The position numbers were made by a program, and so were the translations under genes. Shown one piece after another: positions 1-10,900 of a DNA stretch of 64,000 nucleotides; the stretch's first letter is position 1, and the number at the start of each line of letters is the position of its first letter. Source of the stretch: a virus (lineage: Duplodnaviria; Caudoviricetes); the IMG/VR virus record IMGVR_UViG_3300029288_000118, positions 29,987 through 93,986 of that record; one strand, given 5' to 3'. Below the pieces are notes generated by a model, which searched no databases, was not told the DNA's origin, and saw nothing but the letters and a program-made list of their open reading frames with translations.

Positions 1-2
1 TG

Positions 3-251
3 AAACAGTTCTGGTTTTTTAGGGCATTACAAAAAAGCCTACATTTTGATGAAAACGGCAGAGTGCATGGGTTTAATCAGCATATAATACATTATAGGCG
101 TAAATACGTCATTGATATGTATAATTCCGGGAAAAATTATGAGGAAATAGCGAAGTCTTTAAAGGTCTCTGTTTCCCTCATAAGGCATGATATTGACTGG
201 TACACCGAGAATAAGCGGAACAAAAAAATTCCGCTATCTACCACAAGGTGA
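3..251 (+). CDS. 5'-truncated protein with C-terminal helix-turn-helix
   Basis: Frame is open from the window edge (KQFWFFRALQKSLHF...); C-terminus GKNYEEIAKSLKVSVSLIRHDI looks like an HTH. Confidence 0.55.
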   Translation, partial: KQFWFFRALQKSLHFDENGRVHGFNQHIIHYRRKYVIDMYNSGKNYEEIAKSLKVSVSLIRHDIDWYTENKRNKKIPLSTTR

Positions 252-278
252 AAACCATAATTTGTAGTTTTGTATAGA
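229..278 (+). promoter_or_regulatory. Bipartite motif copy 1 (candidate late promoter/activator site) upstream of the head operon
   Basis: TTCCGCTATCTACCACAAGGTGAAA-N15-TTTGTATAGA; the same boxes and spacing recur at 12756-12805. Confidence 0.6.
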
Positions 279-307
279 CTTAAATGTAAACAATTAGCTT
301 TTACTCT

Positions 308-1816
308 ATGGACGAACAAAATAAATACTTCAGAATTTTTGGCTTTTTAGACAAACTTGAAAAATCCATTCCCGCTTCATCCTCAATCGATAAAGAAGGA
401 GTTATAATCGAAGGTAGATTCATGAACGCCGTCCACGACATCTCTGGAGAGAGGCCGATTATACCGGAGATGATCTGGGATATTCTGAAGAAATCAGGGA
501 ATATCAAATACGAACATGATCCGTTATCAGTCAAGAAAATGTCGGACGGGACATTGATGGCAGTAGCTCAGGCAAATCCAGGAAATATTATCGGAGTTCC
601 ACTTAATATAAAAACAAGTGCTGATGGCAAACAAGCATTTTTTAAAGCAACTCTATTCCCGGAAAACGATCTCGTAAAATCATTGATAAAAAAAGCGAAA
701 GAATTTGACGAACATAATAAACGCTATCCGAACAATCAAAGACATTTTCAATTATCGGTTGAGGGCAAATATTACAAGAGAGACAAACTGACAAAAACTT
801 ACGCAGGTATTGCTGAGAATATAGTTATATCCCCGCAAGCTCAGGATGAAAGCACATATTTTCATTTTGTAAACGCGGAAAATCTTGCAATGGCAAAATC
901 TCTTGCAGCGGGCACGGAAACAAATATAACAAACATGAAAAATGGTGATTCATTACGTCAAGAAAGTTTAGAAGGCAATAATAAATCAAATTCAAGGAGA
1001 AAAAAAATGAACAAGCTTGGAAAAAATCGTGACGAAGTATTCTCGCACTTCCGAAAATCATGCGGGACACAAAAAGAAGCACAGGAAAAAACCGACGAAT
1101 ATATGAGAGAGCTGGAAACGGAACGAAATAATTCCGGCACTTCATTTGCGAAGAGTCTGAATGATGGAATTGATAAAATTAAAAAATCCATCACTGATTT
1201 TGCCGGGATTGAAACCATAATTGCGGCCAAACAGGCGGATGTTGTAAAGATAGACACGGAGATGAAGAAATCTATCAACACACTCAGAGAGGATCCGGAG
1301 AAATTCAGCGGTGAACAATTTATGCAACAACAGACCGCTGCAACAGTTGCGTTCGGCACAAGCCTAAACGAAGTTCAATCTCAGTTAGTAAAATCGTTGG
1401 CGACACTGGCTGAAGGTCTTGCAGATGTTCTTCCATTGCTGAAAGATATTCATTCAATGACATCCGATGCCGTTGAACAAGCGGCAGACGCGAATGAGGC
1501 AGTAAGGTATATTGCGCGTGGGCTGAAAAAATCACATCAAGGCTTTACCCGTTCAATCGATGCACTTGAACCGATGAACGGCGGAGACAAGCCCAATGCA
1601 GAAAAGATTTTGAAATCGATCAACACAAAAGCCGTTGAGCGTTACCTGGTAGATAAATTTGTTGCCAACCAGGCATCACCAGCGATTGCCCAGCAGTACG
1701 ATGAGGCATATAACCAGCTCAACCGTATGGGTCGTGATGCGTTCGGAGCGATGAACAAATCCATTGTCTCGGAAATTGTACAGGTATTTGAAGCGCAATT
1801 TACCGATGTTCAGTAG
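308..1816 (+). CDS. Prohead protease fused to scaffold protein
   Basis: Directly upstream of the capsid gene; protease-like N-half (IKYEH, LSVEG); KSLAAGTETN...SLRQESLEG mirrors the capsid N-terminus as in K/A511-like proteases; coiled-coil C-half rich in K-S-hydrophobic motifs. Confidence 0.8.
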   Translation: MDEQNKYFRIFGFLDKLEKSIPASSSIDKEGVIIEGRFMNAVHDISGERPIIPEMIWDILKKSGNIKYEHDPLSVKKMSDGTLMAVAQANPGNIIGVPLNIKTSADGKQAFFKATLFPENDLVKSLIKKAKEFDEHNKRYPNNQRHFQLSVEGKYYKRDKLTKTYAGIAENIVISPQAQDESTYFHFVNAENLAMAKSLAAGTETNITNMKNGDSLRQESLEGNNKSNSRRKKMNKLGKNRDEVFSHFRKSCGTQKEAQEKTDEYMRELETERNNSGTSFAKSLNDGIDKIKKSITDFAGIETIIAAKQADVVKIDTEMKKSINTLREDPEKFSGEQFMQQQTAATVAFGTSLNEVQSQLVKSLATLAEGLADVLPLLKDIHSMTSDAVEQAADANEAVRYIARGLKKSHQGFTRSIDALEPMNGGDKPNAEKILKSINTKAVERYLVDKFVANQASPAIAQQYDEAYNQLNRMGRDAFGAMNKSIVSEIVQVFEAQFTDVQ

Positions 1817-1880
1817 TCAGAATATTTAGTGAAAGAAAGGTTTTTAGAAAAATAATTCTCATTTACAATAGGAGTCTAAA

Positions 1881-3368
1881 ATGAATAATGAGTTCAGTTA
1901 TCCCGATGCGTTGGATCTGGGCGTATCTTCAGGCGGAGGATTCTCTGGAATTCCTGCCGATAATTACGGTTCCCTTTTCCGAAGCAAAAGTCCTATGAGA
2001 GCGATACAAGAAGCTCTCGAAAAATCGCTTACCGCAGGTTATGAAACGAATCTACCGTCAATGTCCGGCGGTGGTGCGATGCGTATTGAATCGCTTGAGC
2101 CGAATCTCACGAAACTGATTTATGACGACAAATCGACAGCACTCTTTAACGATCTGCTTGCTACAAAGCAGAAAGCGAAATCCACGATTGAACAATATAC
2201 GACATGGGATTATGTAGGTGAAGCTGCTACATTTGAAGAAGGCGGAGCACCGTCTTATGAAGATGATGGCTATACCAGACATGTTATGCCCGTGAAGTAT
2301 GTCGGTGCAATCGGGAGAGTTACAAATCCGATGCGGGAAGTGGAAGCGATTGTTGAGCCAGAGGCTCAGGAAACAAAAGCGAAGATGCTGGCAATCAAAC
2401 GTAAAGCAAATCAGGTATGTTACTTCGGTGATGCGACAGCGGTACCGACAGAATTTACCGGATTATTTCCCGCAGTGAGAGACGGCGCGTATGCGACAAC
2501 GAACATCATTGATCTGCAAGGTAAACGATTAACCCTTGAAAACGTAAACGCAGGTATTGCAGCACTTGAGGATCAGAAAGGATATTGCACGAGTCCACGA
2601 ATGTATATTTCTCCGCAGGCGCGGATGAATTACAAGAATGAACTCTTGAAAAACAAGTACTACATCGTAAACGGCGTTCAATCGACGAGAGAAGATATTG
2701 AAAATGCATTACAAGGGCTGGGTAAAAACCAGATCGCTTATGACGGCGGTGAAATTCCATATCGGAAAGACATCTTCTTGAATCCCCGTAAATATCCACG
2801 TAGAAATACAGCGGGTAATGCCTTTATTGCAACCGGATCCACTCCGCCAGCAACACCGACGATCACGAGCGCAACGCCAACAGTAGATGCGACATCCTCG
2901 ATTCCGGCCGGAGATTACAATTATGCAGTTGTAGCAGTTAACAAATACGGTCAAAAATCAGCACCAGCAGAATCCGGGAAAGTAGTAGTAGCAGACGGTG
3001 AGAGCGTTGTGTTCGTGTTGGCAGATGGTGGAAGCACATCTGGTCTTGAAGCAACCGCATGGGAAATTTACCGTCGAGCTGATGGTGGTGGAGCAACGGA
3101 TTATCGGTATTTATTTACCGTAGCAGTTGCCAGCACACCGATAACGGATAAAAATGCATACATGCCGGATACTTCGATCATTCCGTTAGTTGATTTTGAT
3201 CTGGACGAAGTGTTGATTTACAAACAATTGCTTGATGCTGCCAAATTCCCGCTTGCGACAACAGTGGATGCGATTCAATGGCTTCAGAGGTTGTATGGAG
3301 TGCTGATCATAAAGAATACACGGCGTATCGTGATATTCATTAACGCAGGTTCAACCGCAGCCTCTTAA
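1881..3368 (+). CDS. Major capsid protein, Herelleviridae (K/Twort/A511)-like
   Basis: KSLTAGY...GAMRIESLE, KAKSTIEQY, YFGDA...EFTGL, Ig-like insertion (YAVVAVN..GQKSAP) and KFPLA...LYGVL all match recalled phage K/A511 capsid motifs; AGGAG RBS. Confidence 0.92.
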   Translation: MNNEFSYPDALDLGVSSGGGFSGIPADNYGSLFRSKSPMRAIQEALEKSLTAGYETNLPSMSGGGAMRIESLEPNLTKLIYDDKSTALFNDLLATKQKAKSTIEQYTTWDYVGEAATFEEGGAPSYEDDGYTRHVMPVKYVGAIGRVTNPMREVEAIVEPEAQETKAKMLAIKRKANQVCYFGDATAVPTEFTGLFPAVRDGAYATTNIIDLQGKRLTLENVNAGIAALEDQKGYCTSPRMYISPQARMNYKNELLKNKYYIVNGVQSTREDIENALQGLGKNQIAYDGGEIPYRKDIFLNPRKYPRRNTAGNAFIATGSTPPATPTITSATPTVDATSSIPAGDYNYAVVAVNKYGQKSAPAESGKVVVADGESVVFVLADGGSTSGLEATAWEIYRRADGGGATDYRYLFTVAVASTPITDKNAYMPDTSIIPLVDFDLDEVLIYKQLLDAAKFPLATTVDAIQWLQRLYGVLIIKNTRRIVIFINAGSTAAS

Positions 3369-3384
3369 CAAATGAAATTTAAGT

Positions 3385-3418
3385 GAGTCCCTTGCCAGTT
3401 AGGGAGGGACTTAATTTT
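3385..3418 (+). terminator. Stem-loop after the capsid gene (weak terminator or mRNA stabiliser)
   Basis: GAGTCCCT...AGGGACTT followed by AATTTT. Confidence 0.5.
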
Positions 3419-3443
3419 AAAACATTTTCCTGGAGCAAAAGCA

Positions 3444-3992
3444 ATGAAAACACTTCTTTTTATAATTCCAATACTTCTCTTATTGATTGGTCCGGTGGCA
3501 AATTGCCAGACAACGATAACGGGAAGCACAATGCTGGATCAAAGCCTGTCAGTTAATTCCTACATGGCTAAAGATACCACAATTACCGGAACAAAATACT
3601 CGGATATTCTGGTGCTTAATTCAAAGAGTATAACTCAAGAAGATCGGTATGTGAATTATTCCGCAGGCGCACATATTCTCGTACTCGCGAGACAAACTAA
3701 TGACAGTGTGAACTCAATAGTTTACTTGCAGGTAGGTCAAAATTTATCTGGTACCGAAGGAACCGACTATGGTACTATTTACATAGATACCCTATTGAGC
3801 ACGAGAAAACTAATAAATATTGATCTTACGCCTTATCTCGATTACAAACAAGTGAGATTAAAAGTTGTTGCAATCACCGGAGTAGGCGTATCTGCACATG
3901 CATCGTTCTTGCCCAAATGGAGCGCAATCTTAGGCGGAAAAGGTTATCTGGGAAAGATAACCGCGCCTGGAAAAGCACCTACTTTACAGTAG
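3444..3992 (+). CDS. Sec-exported beta-rich protein after the capsid gene (candidate decoration protein)
   Basis: Signal peptide MKTLLFIIPILLLLIGPVANC followed by Q; beta-strand-like mature part. Confidence 0.6.
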   Translation: MKTLLFIIPILLLLIGPVANCQTTITGSTMLDQSLSVNSYMAKDTTITGTKYSDILVLNSKSITQEDRYVNYSAGAHILVLARQTNDSVNSIVYLQVGQNLSGTEGTDYGTIYIDTLLSTRKLINIDLTPYLDYKQVRLKVVAITGVGVSAHASFLPKWSAILGGKGYLGKITAPGKAPTLQ

Positions 3993-4019
3993 CTATAATA
4001 TCAATGTATGGTAAAAAAG

Positions 4020-4053
4020 AGGGCGAGAACTGAAAAAGCTCTCGCCTTTTTTT
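4020..4053 (+). terminator. Rho-independent terminator
   Basis: AGGGCGAGA...TCTCGCCTT followed by a T-run. Confidence 0.75.
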
Positions 4054-4095
4054 ATAAACACTTATCACATAACATAAAAATAAAGGATTACGATC

Positions 4096-4662
4096 ATGGA
4101 AAATCAGAAAGTGAAATTTTATCATCCGTCCGGCAAAGGCGGAAAATTTATGACCTCAAAAGGAGAGATAGTCCTGGAGTCTAACGGGACGGCAATGGTT
4201 TCGCAAGAGATGTATGATCATCTTATGCGGATACCCAAGAATAAAGAATATCAAGATAAATTGAAGGAACTTGCGAACGAAGACAAAAAAGGCAAACAGA
4301 CTACGGAATCAAAAAAACAAGATTCACCAACTCAGCCGCCAGCATTGGATCCAACTGTAGTACCCACGCTTGAAGAATATGTAAAAGCCGGATACAAGGC
4401 AGATACGTATGAAAAGAGATTCTTTGGACTCAAAGCAGGAGATACTTACGATGGCGAAAAGGTCAAAGAGAATCTTGAACAGGCAGAGAAGGAAAATAAA
4501 ACCAATTCTCCGGATCTGAAAGAAGAAGATTTGAAAATTCTTGGAATTAAAGAATTAAAAGCTATGGCCGGAAAACGTGAGATAAAATTTGACAAAGACG
4601 CGACTAAAGATGAGCTTATTAAATTTATTCTTGATTCTCAGGCTAAAAATTCTCAGCAATAG
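4096..4662 (+). CDS. Head-region protein with C-terminal HeH/Rho_N-like motif
   Basis: IKELKAMAGKREIKFDKDATKDELIKFI; similar small genes follow the capsid gene in K-like phages. Confidence 0.6.
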   Translation: MENQKVKFYHPSGKGGKFMTSKGEIVLESNGTAMVSQEMYDHLMRIPKNKEYQDKLKELANEDKKGKQTTESKKQDSPTQPPALDPTVVPTLEEYVKAGYKADTYEKRFFGLKAGDTYDGEKVKENLEQAEKENKTNSPDLKEEDLKILGIKELKAMAGKREIKFDKDATKDELIKFILDSQAKNSQQ

Positions 4663-4709
4663 TCTATACATTAAGCAACTTCAGCGGATTACAGGAAGGA
4701 ACTTGAGTT

Positions 4710-5123
4710 ATGGGAGAGAGGAAAAAGTGCAGTGCTAATGTAAGTGCTCGTGATTGCTTTTATAAAAAAGACATGGGAACTATAAAAAAACGGTTTACGC
4801 AAATTGATGAAAAATTGCATGAAATAGCGTTTGTAAAGCTCAATGGTGCCGGGCAAGAGACACATATACAGACGGTGATGAAAGATATATGGATTGCCAC
4901 TCGATCACAGAGAGCAACAAAAGGTTTATCTGAACGATATGCAATCTGGAAACGTGATACGGCAATCGGCAGGTTTATCGGTACTCGAGGCGGAAGAATA
5001 TTGTCCTGGTTTGTCTGGGCGTGGGTAATTATTGGTTCAACCAATACTCTGGGATTGACCGATATAAAATTGAATCAAATGTTAGAAGCATTTATAAGGT
5101 ACGTTTTTAGATCAGGAGGTTAA
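4710..5123 (+). CDS. Membrane protein, holin/antiholin-like
   Basis: Single hydrophobic segment ILSWFVWAWVIIG near the C-terminus. Confidence 0.45.
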   Translation: MGERKKCSANVSARDCFYKKDMGTIKKRFTQIDEKLHEIAFVKLNGAGQETHIQTVMKDIWIATRSQRATKGLSERYAIWKRDTAIGRFIGTRGGRILSWFVWAWVIIGSTNTLGLTDIKLNQMLEAFIRYVFRSGG

Positions 5124-5125
5124 CA

Positions 5126-5476
5126 ATGGAAGAACTTCTTTATAATCCATATATAAGAATTGCAGCGGCAATCGTAGCATCGTCGTTGGCATTATCGATC
5201 ATTAATTTATTTCCCAAAATTCGAGATGGTGAGAGATGGTATCACAATAATAAGTTCCTCATTCTTATTATTGCGACGATATTTACCCTTCTTTTGACCG
5301 ATCTTGAAACATTTTTATCCGACTGGCAACTTGCATCCTTCAAGGTCTTATTCATCATAATGATTTCATTTCTTGTTGCTGTAACAAAAGGGCAAAAAAT
5401 TGTGGATTCCCTTGTGAATAAGATAGCCAACAAAATAAAAGACAAGGCAGATAGCGGTATTGATAAAAGCATGTAA
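5126..5476 (+). CDS. Putative holin (3 TM helices)
   Basis: Three hydrophobic segments and a charged C-terminal tail; AGGAGG RBS. Confidence 0.6.
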   Translation: MEELLYNPYIRIAAAIVASSLALSIINLFPKIRDGERWYHNNKFLILIIATIFTLLLTDLETFLSDWQLASFKVLFIIMISFLVAVTKGQKIVDSLVNKIANKIKDKADSGIDKSM

Positions 5477-6594
5477 TGAAAAAGCTATACCTCAATACCG
5501 ACAATATCCTTACGCTGGATTCGAGTTCAGCGCAGGTGGAAACTTACAAAGTAAGACTATCTCTTGTTGGCGAAGATGGCACGCTTCTCAAGGATAACAA
5601 TGATCAGGATTTAATTCTATTGAGCACAGGTACAGAGCCAAAGATTACTTTTGATTCCACACTCAGTAAATTTAAAGCGACAATCCATCTTGCAGACGAT
5701 ACAGCAAAACAATATGTCAGAGCCTTCTGGATAGTAACAAACGAGAACGATATTCCGGTGGAGATATCAGGTTATTATCCAGAAGAGATATCGGTTGAAA
5801 ATTCGCCAACCGATTCAACACAAGTTTTTGACCCGCTGATAGTTCCAGCTCAATATTTCATCGATTCGTTTTTAGGTGCGGATCCGAGTATAAGTGAAGA
5901 ACTCGTAAACGCGATTGCGGCCATAAACGAGAAAAACCCGGATATAATTAAGAACGAATTACTTGCTTCCCAAGACTTACTCGAAGGAGACATCAGAACA
6001 AAATTTTTCAAAACTCAATTTAATCTTGATCGAGACTGGAACGATGAAATATTTTATGCAAATTACTGGTTCCAACAAGTAGATTGGCTACCGTTGGTAA
6101 GTGTGGATAGCTACAAATTGATATACGGCAATCAAAACATTGAGTTATCTAATGATCTTGCAAGCAGTATGAAAGTAGATAAAACTCAGGGTACTATAGA
6201 ATGGTTGCCTACAATTGTTTCAGGGAATTTATTCACGATCATCATTTCGACGGTTAGTGCTCTGGCTATTTCTATGGTTGCGATGGGTGAAAGATCACGT
6301 ATTCCAGGATTGTTTAGAATAGTTTACACGGCGGGCATGGATTTTCCCAATCTGCCTGTACAGAAAAAGGAAAGAATCCGGAGGCTCATTTCACGTCATT
6401 GTTTTTGTCAGATAATGCCGAGAATAGATCAGTTAATAAGAGAAACGAGTTTGAGCCAGTCTATTGATGGTGCAAGTTTGAGTAGATCCAGCGGAGTGCC
6501 GGACATAATCAAACAATTCAAAGAAGACGAGTTAAGAGATATAGCCTTATTCCAAAAAGAACTGGGAACAAACATAGCGATCGCGGTGAGTTAG
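5476..6594 (+). CDS. Head-tail adaptor/neck protein
   Basis: Position; PLVSVDS..L.YG, IPGLFRIVYTAG and SLSQSIDGASLSRS resemble K-like neck proteins. Confidence 0.7.
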   Translation: MKKLYLNTDNILTLDSSSAQVETYKVRLSLVGEDGTLLKDNNDQDLILLSTGTEPKITFDSTLSKFKATIHLADDTAKQYVRAFWIVTNENDIPVEISGYYPEEISVENSPTDSTQVFDPLIVPAQYFIDSFLGADPSISEELVNAIAAINEKNPDIIKNELLASQDLLEGDIRTKFFKTQFNLDRDWNDEIFYANYWFQQVDWLPLVSVDSYKLIYGNQNIELSNDLASSMKVDKTQGTIEWLPTIVSGNLFTIIISTVSALAISMVAMGERSRIPGLFRIVYTAGMDFPNLPVQKKERIRRLISRHCFCQIMPRIDQLIRETSLSQSIDGASLSRSSGVPDIIKQFKEDELRDIALFQKELGTNIAIAVS

Positions 6595-6596
6595 AA

Positions 6597-7466
6597 ATGA
6601 ATAGTATTATTTGGCGTAATGTCGACGTAAACAGAATGTTCAAAACTTTTGGCGTTCAATGCTATTATTATGAAGCCAGGATAGCACCGGATCAGCGATA
6701 TGGACAAACAAAACTCGAAAGCGATGCTATACACGGTTTTAGATATAACGATCCGGTTGAAGAGCGATTAATGCGGACATCAATCAGCCAGCGAATAATT
6801 CTCAGTGAGCACGGCAGAATGTATCAAGGAGGTGCACGATTTACAATCCCGCCGGTTAAACTCGTAAATGGGATATATCAAGCTGTGTCCATGCATGAAC
6901 GGGCTTTTCTCGGAGATGTTATAGTAATGAAAACAAAATCCATGAGAGATTTTGATATTTTAAAAAAGGGTTATAGAGATCAAATATTTGCATTCGATAT
7001 AAAAAAGATTTTAAGTGTTTCATCGGTTGACAATCAAGGGGAAGAACATATATATACCTATGATACGGATTACACTATAACTATTAACGGTAAAAGTGTT
7101 TCTCTCTCCGATGGAGGAACTCCGATAGGAGAAGGGGAATTTGGAGTGGTGTTATTCGGTGGAAGCGACGTGGTTGAGATAGTGACCGCACACAACAATA
7201 ATATTGTGAATACGATAATGATTGTCTGGAAGGAAAACGGCAATCATCCGGCTGAAGGTGAAAATTATACCGTTGAATTTTTATGTAGTCCGAATTATAT
7301 CATATTTGACTATAGTGACAAAATAAGGTCTACCGAAGAGAATAATTTACCGAGAACTGTTATGTGTGTAAAAAGAGCGTATTTTAATCCTGTAAAACCT
7401 AAAATGGATGAAGTTGAACTCCGTCAGCCAATTATGGATACGCAGTCAGAGGTATATGATTCTTAA
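6597..7466 (+). CDS. Neck/head-closure protein
   Basis: Position in the neck cluster; YTYDTDYTI and P..GENYTVEF..SPNY motifs; Gly-rich insertion. Confidence 0.6.
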   Translation: MNSIIWRNVDVNRMFKTFGVQCYYYEARIAPDQRYGQTKLESDAIHGFRYNDPVEERLMRTSISQRIILSEHGRMYQGGARFTIPPVKLVNGIYQAVSMHERAFLGDVIVMKTKSMRDFDILKKGYRDQIFAFDIKKILSVSSVDNQGEEHIYTYDTDYTITINGKSVSLSDGGTPIGEGEFGVVLFGGSDVVEIVTAHNNNIVNTIMIVWKENGNHPAEGENYTVEFLCSPNYIIFDYSDKIRSTEENNLPRTVMCVKRAYFNPVKPKMDEVELRQPIMDTQSEVYDS

Positions 7467-7486
7467 ATATTTAGGAGAATATTAAA

Positions 7487-7939
7487 ATGCCAATCCCATT
7501 ACCCCCGTCTGGTGAAATAATGGTTGATCAAGAACATTATAATCCAGTAGTAGCATATTATGATGCGGATACAAACACGATTATAAATGTGACTCCAGAC
7601 ACACCGTTGCCTGTGAGTGCAAGTGTTACACTTGAATCTGAAACATTAAAAATTATCGAAGAAGTAGAAGTCACGGTCACAACCGCAGGCACGCCAGTGG
7701 CATTGCCGTCGAACACGAGCGCGAAGGCCGTGATTGTCTATAATAACAATACTAATGGAGTGAAAGTGTGTGTCGGGCTTCAGGCTACAGTTGATGCGAC
7801 AGTGGATCCAATTGTAGGCATACCTTTAGCGTTAGCCTATTCTAATTCCGGGCAAATAAATGTGAATGAAAATTCTAATGAGATATATGTAGATGCGAGC
7901 ATAAACGGTACAAAAGTTACATGCCATATTTTAGGATAA
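7487..7939 (+). CDS. Structural accessory protein, paralog of 28492-28986
   Basis: Shares AGTPVALPSNTSAKAVIVYN and NEIYVDASINGTK with the distal paralog. Confidence 0.6.
   Translation: MPIPLPPSGEIMVDQEHYNPVVAYYDADTNTIINVTPDTPLPVSASVTLESETLKIIEEVEVTVTTAGTPVALPSNTSAKAVIVYNNNTNGVKVCVGLQATVDATVDPIVGIPLALAYSNSGQINVNENSNEIYVDASINGTKVTCHILG
7685..7744 (+). repeat. 60-bp near-identical direct repeat, copy A (partner 28735-28794)
   Basis: 58/60 identical; a second 39-bp block 7877-7915 matches 28924-28962 at 38/39. Confidence 0.9.
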
Positions 7940-7944
7940 AAACT

Positions 7945-10900
7945 ATGAAAAAGTTATTATCAATTATATTCCTATTATTTATCACAATCCAGATAGGCTT
8001 CAGTCAAGGTAGCTATTGGAATCTGGTGATGAACAAACTTGTGCCAATAAATTCGAGCTGGAAGCTGGCAGATTCTTTAATCACTGGGACCCGATTCTTA
8101 CTCGCGAGCGATTCAACGGGTGATAACGGATATACGAAGAACTGGAAACTGGGAGGGTATCAACCTATAAGTAATAATCTTACAATCTATGCAGGTATTA
8201 CTCCAAGTGCTGATGCTCAGACATTACTTAGTAGAACATTTGCTCAAATGCGGGCTGATATAGGTGCATCAGATTCGACTATTTCAAGAGACACCACTTA
8301 TTCTGAAAGTGTCAGTCAAATAACTGAAGGAGATAATATAACTGTTGAGAAGCATGGTAAAGGATATAAAATCAATTCTACTGGTGGTTCAGACTTTAAT
8401 GTCTGCGATTCAACATTAGTGTTCAATATAAACAGTTTTCCCGGTGTGGACGCAACGGGGGCAGACACATGCCAAACATCTATACGATCTGCAATAGATT
8501 ACGTTACCTCGCTTGGTGGGAAGATTTATTTCCCGCCAACAGGAATTTATTTAGTTCGAGGCAGGTGTCTTAATTATCAGAGTAAAGCCGCTCTTAACGT
8601 TGAAACAGTAATTGAAGCTGGTATTAATCTGCCAAGCAATGCACATTTAATTCTTGACGGTACAATACAAGTCATGACCGATACACTTGCGATTAACTGT
8701 CCTATTCTGATTTCTAATGGAGTTAAAAATGTAACAATCGAAGGCAGAGGGAAAATCAGAGGAGATAGAACTACTCACGATTTTACAAAAGATCAAGAGA
8801 TTAGTACTACGCATGAGTTTGGACACTTAATAGTAATGGGAAACTGCGATAGCATTGTTATCAGAGATATAAACCTTGTTGGGGCTACGGGTGATGGCAT
8901 ATGCATATATAGGCAAGGTCAAGTGTATTTGGAATATTTCAATTATACAAGAAATTTCCCGACCAACGTATTAATTGATAATGTGCAAATAGATTCTTGC
9001 CGCAGAGTTGGGATAAATAACTGCTTTGGCGAATATATAACTATACGTAATTGCAAATTTAATTATATCGGTATAGACGATGGCTATGAAGATGGTGTCG
9101 CACCTCGTGCAGCGATTAATCATGAATCTGGTCTTGGTAAAAAAGCAGAGCACATAAAGATTGAAGGTGGCTTTAGTGTTGGCTGTAGGGGTGGGGTTAA
9201 TTTATTCGACGCCAATTACATAGTCTGTCAGGGTTTCATTACCGATGCTGTAATAGCAATGGGCTACGCTTGCAATGGTTCTATCACTGGTTGTGTGGCA
9301 AAGTCAATAAGCAGTATAGGTGCAAGACCTAACAGTCATGGTGAGTTCACCTATGCTGGCGATTCTTTGTCAATCACAACCGATGCAAATCATGGTTACT
9401 CGGTAGGCGATTCTGTATCTATGGATATTTTAGTTTCAACAACAAAATACAAAATTGCAGGTGGGACATTTGTTATTACTTCTTCTGCCGCCGCAGATGA
9501 GTTTGTAGTGCATAAAACATCGCTTGGCGCAACGTCTGGATATGTTAGACTATTGGGTAGATATACTGTAACCGATGATGTTGTACACGTAGAATTTCCA
9601 TACACGCACGACTTGGGGCCGGGAGAACCAATACATGTAACCTACCGACACTCTAATGGTATTGTGCAATACAATGGAGACGGAGATCCGGAAATGGGGA
9701 ATTTCATTATCACGTCTATTGACTCGCCAACGAATGCTTCAAAAGGTTATTCGTATATAGACGCAGATGTAACTACGTCAGCAGGAGCGTTGTATGACCG
9801 ATTCATCGAAAATAATTTTGAAATTGCAAATAATACTATAACAAACGGTGGCATAGTTTTAGCGGGGCATAACGTAAATTGTCATCACAACATTATACAA
9901 AATGCGGAGAATGGTATTTATGCAACTGCTTTTTTCAACGGTAAAATATCAAATAATATTATCAGCAACGTAAACAAAGGTATATATGCCTCTATTGTTC
10001 AAACTGAAATTTCTGAAAATAAAATTTATAGTTCGGGTTCAACCGGAATACAATTAACCGGGGGAAGAGATATTACGTTGTCGGGTAATAAAATTTATGA
10101 CAGTTATAGGGGGATATATATTACAGGTTGTAGTGCGCCTCGTATTATTGATAATACAATAGACGTTACTGGATTTACAAAAACATCAGCCAACGACGGT
10201 ATATATATATCTGCATCTGATTCGGCGAGAATACTTTTGCAGGGCAATAAGTTAATAAATTATTCGGGTTCGCAAGGATTTGATATTGATGCAAAGGCAG
10301 ATATTATAAATAACTATATTATTGACTTTAAAGGCACAACAGCAATAGACCTTTCAGTATCGGGAGCGACAAGACAAAGAAATAATATAATGGATAACTA
10401 CATTTCATTCACACGTGGCTCCGCAGGTGGAACGGGAATCCTGACTTCAGGTGATTCATTGGCAATAATTAAGGGTAATACTATCTGGACTACAAATAGT
10501 AATGCGGTAACAACAGGTATCAATACATCTGGTAGTGTATATAGTGCAATCAAACTTAATGTCTTACGCTCTGGTGCTATGACTCATCACGCAAGCGATA
10601 CACTGCAACTTAATCTTGTAGGTGACACTTTTGATCCGCCGCTGCCGGGATTGTATAAACATTTCTACGCCTTGATAGATACGCCCTTGTATAGATACAC
10701 TCAGGATTCTATTATTGCTCTGACATACAAAACAACGGAGGCAATTACTATCGCAGGTATTCAGATTTCCTGCGATGCCGATCCAACCACAGAAATTGCA
10801 GGTAATCTTGTTTATGCTGATGATTTAATTACAAGAGCAAATCCGGTTATAATCAATTCAGTCAATACGGCAACTGGTGTGTTAACTGATGTTTCAATCA

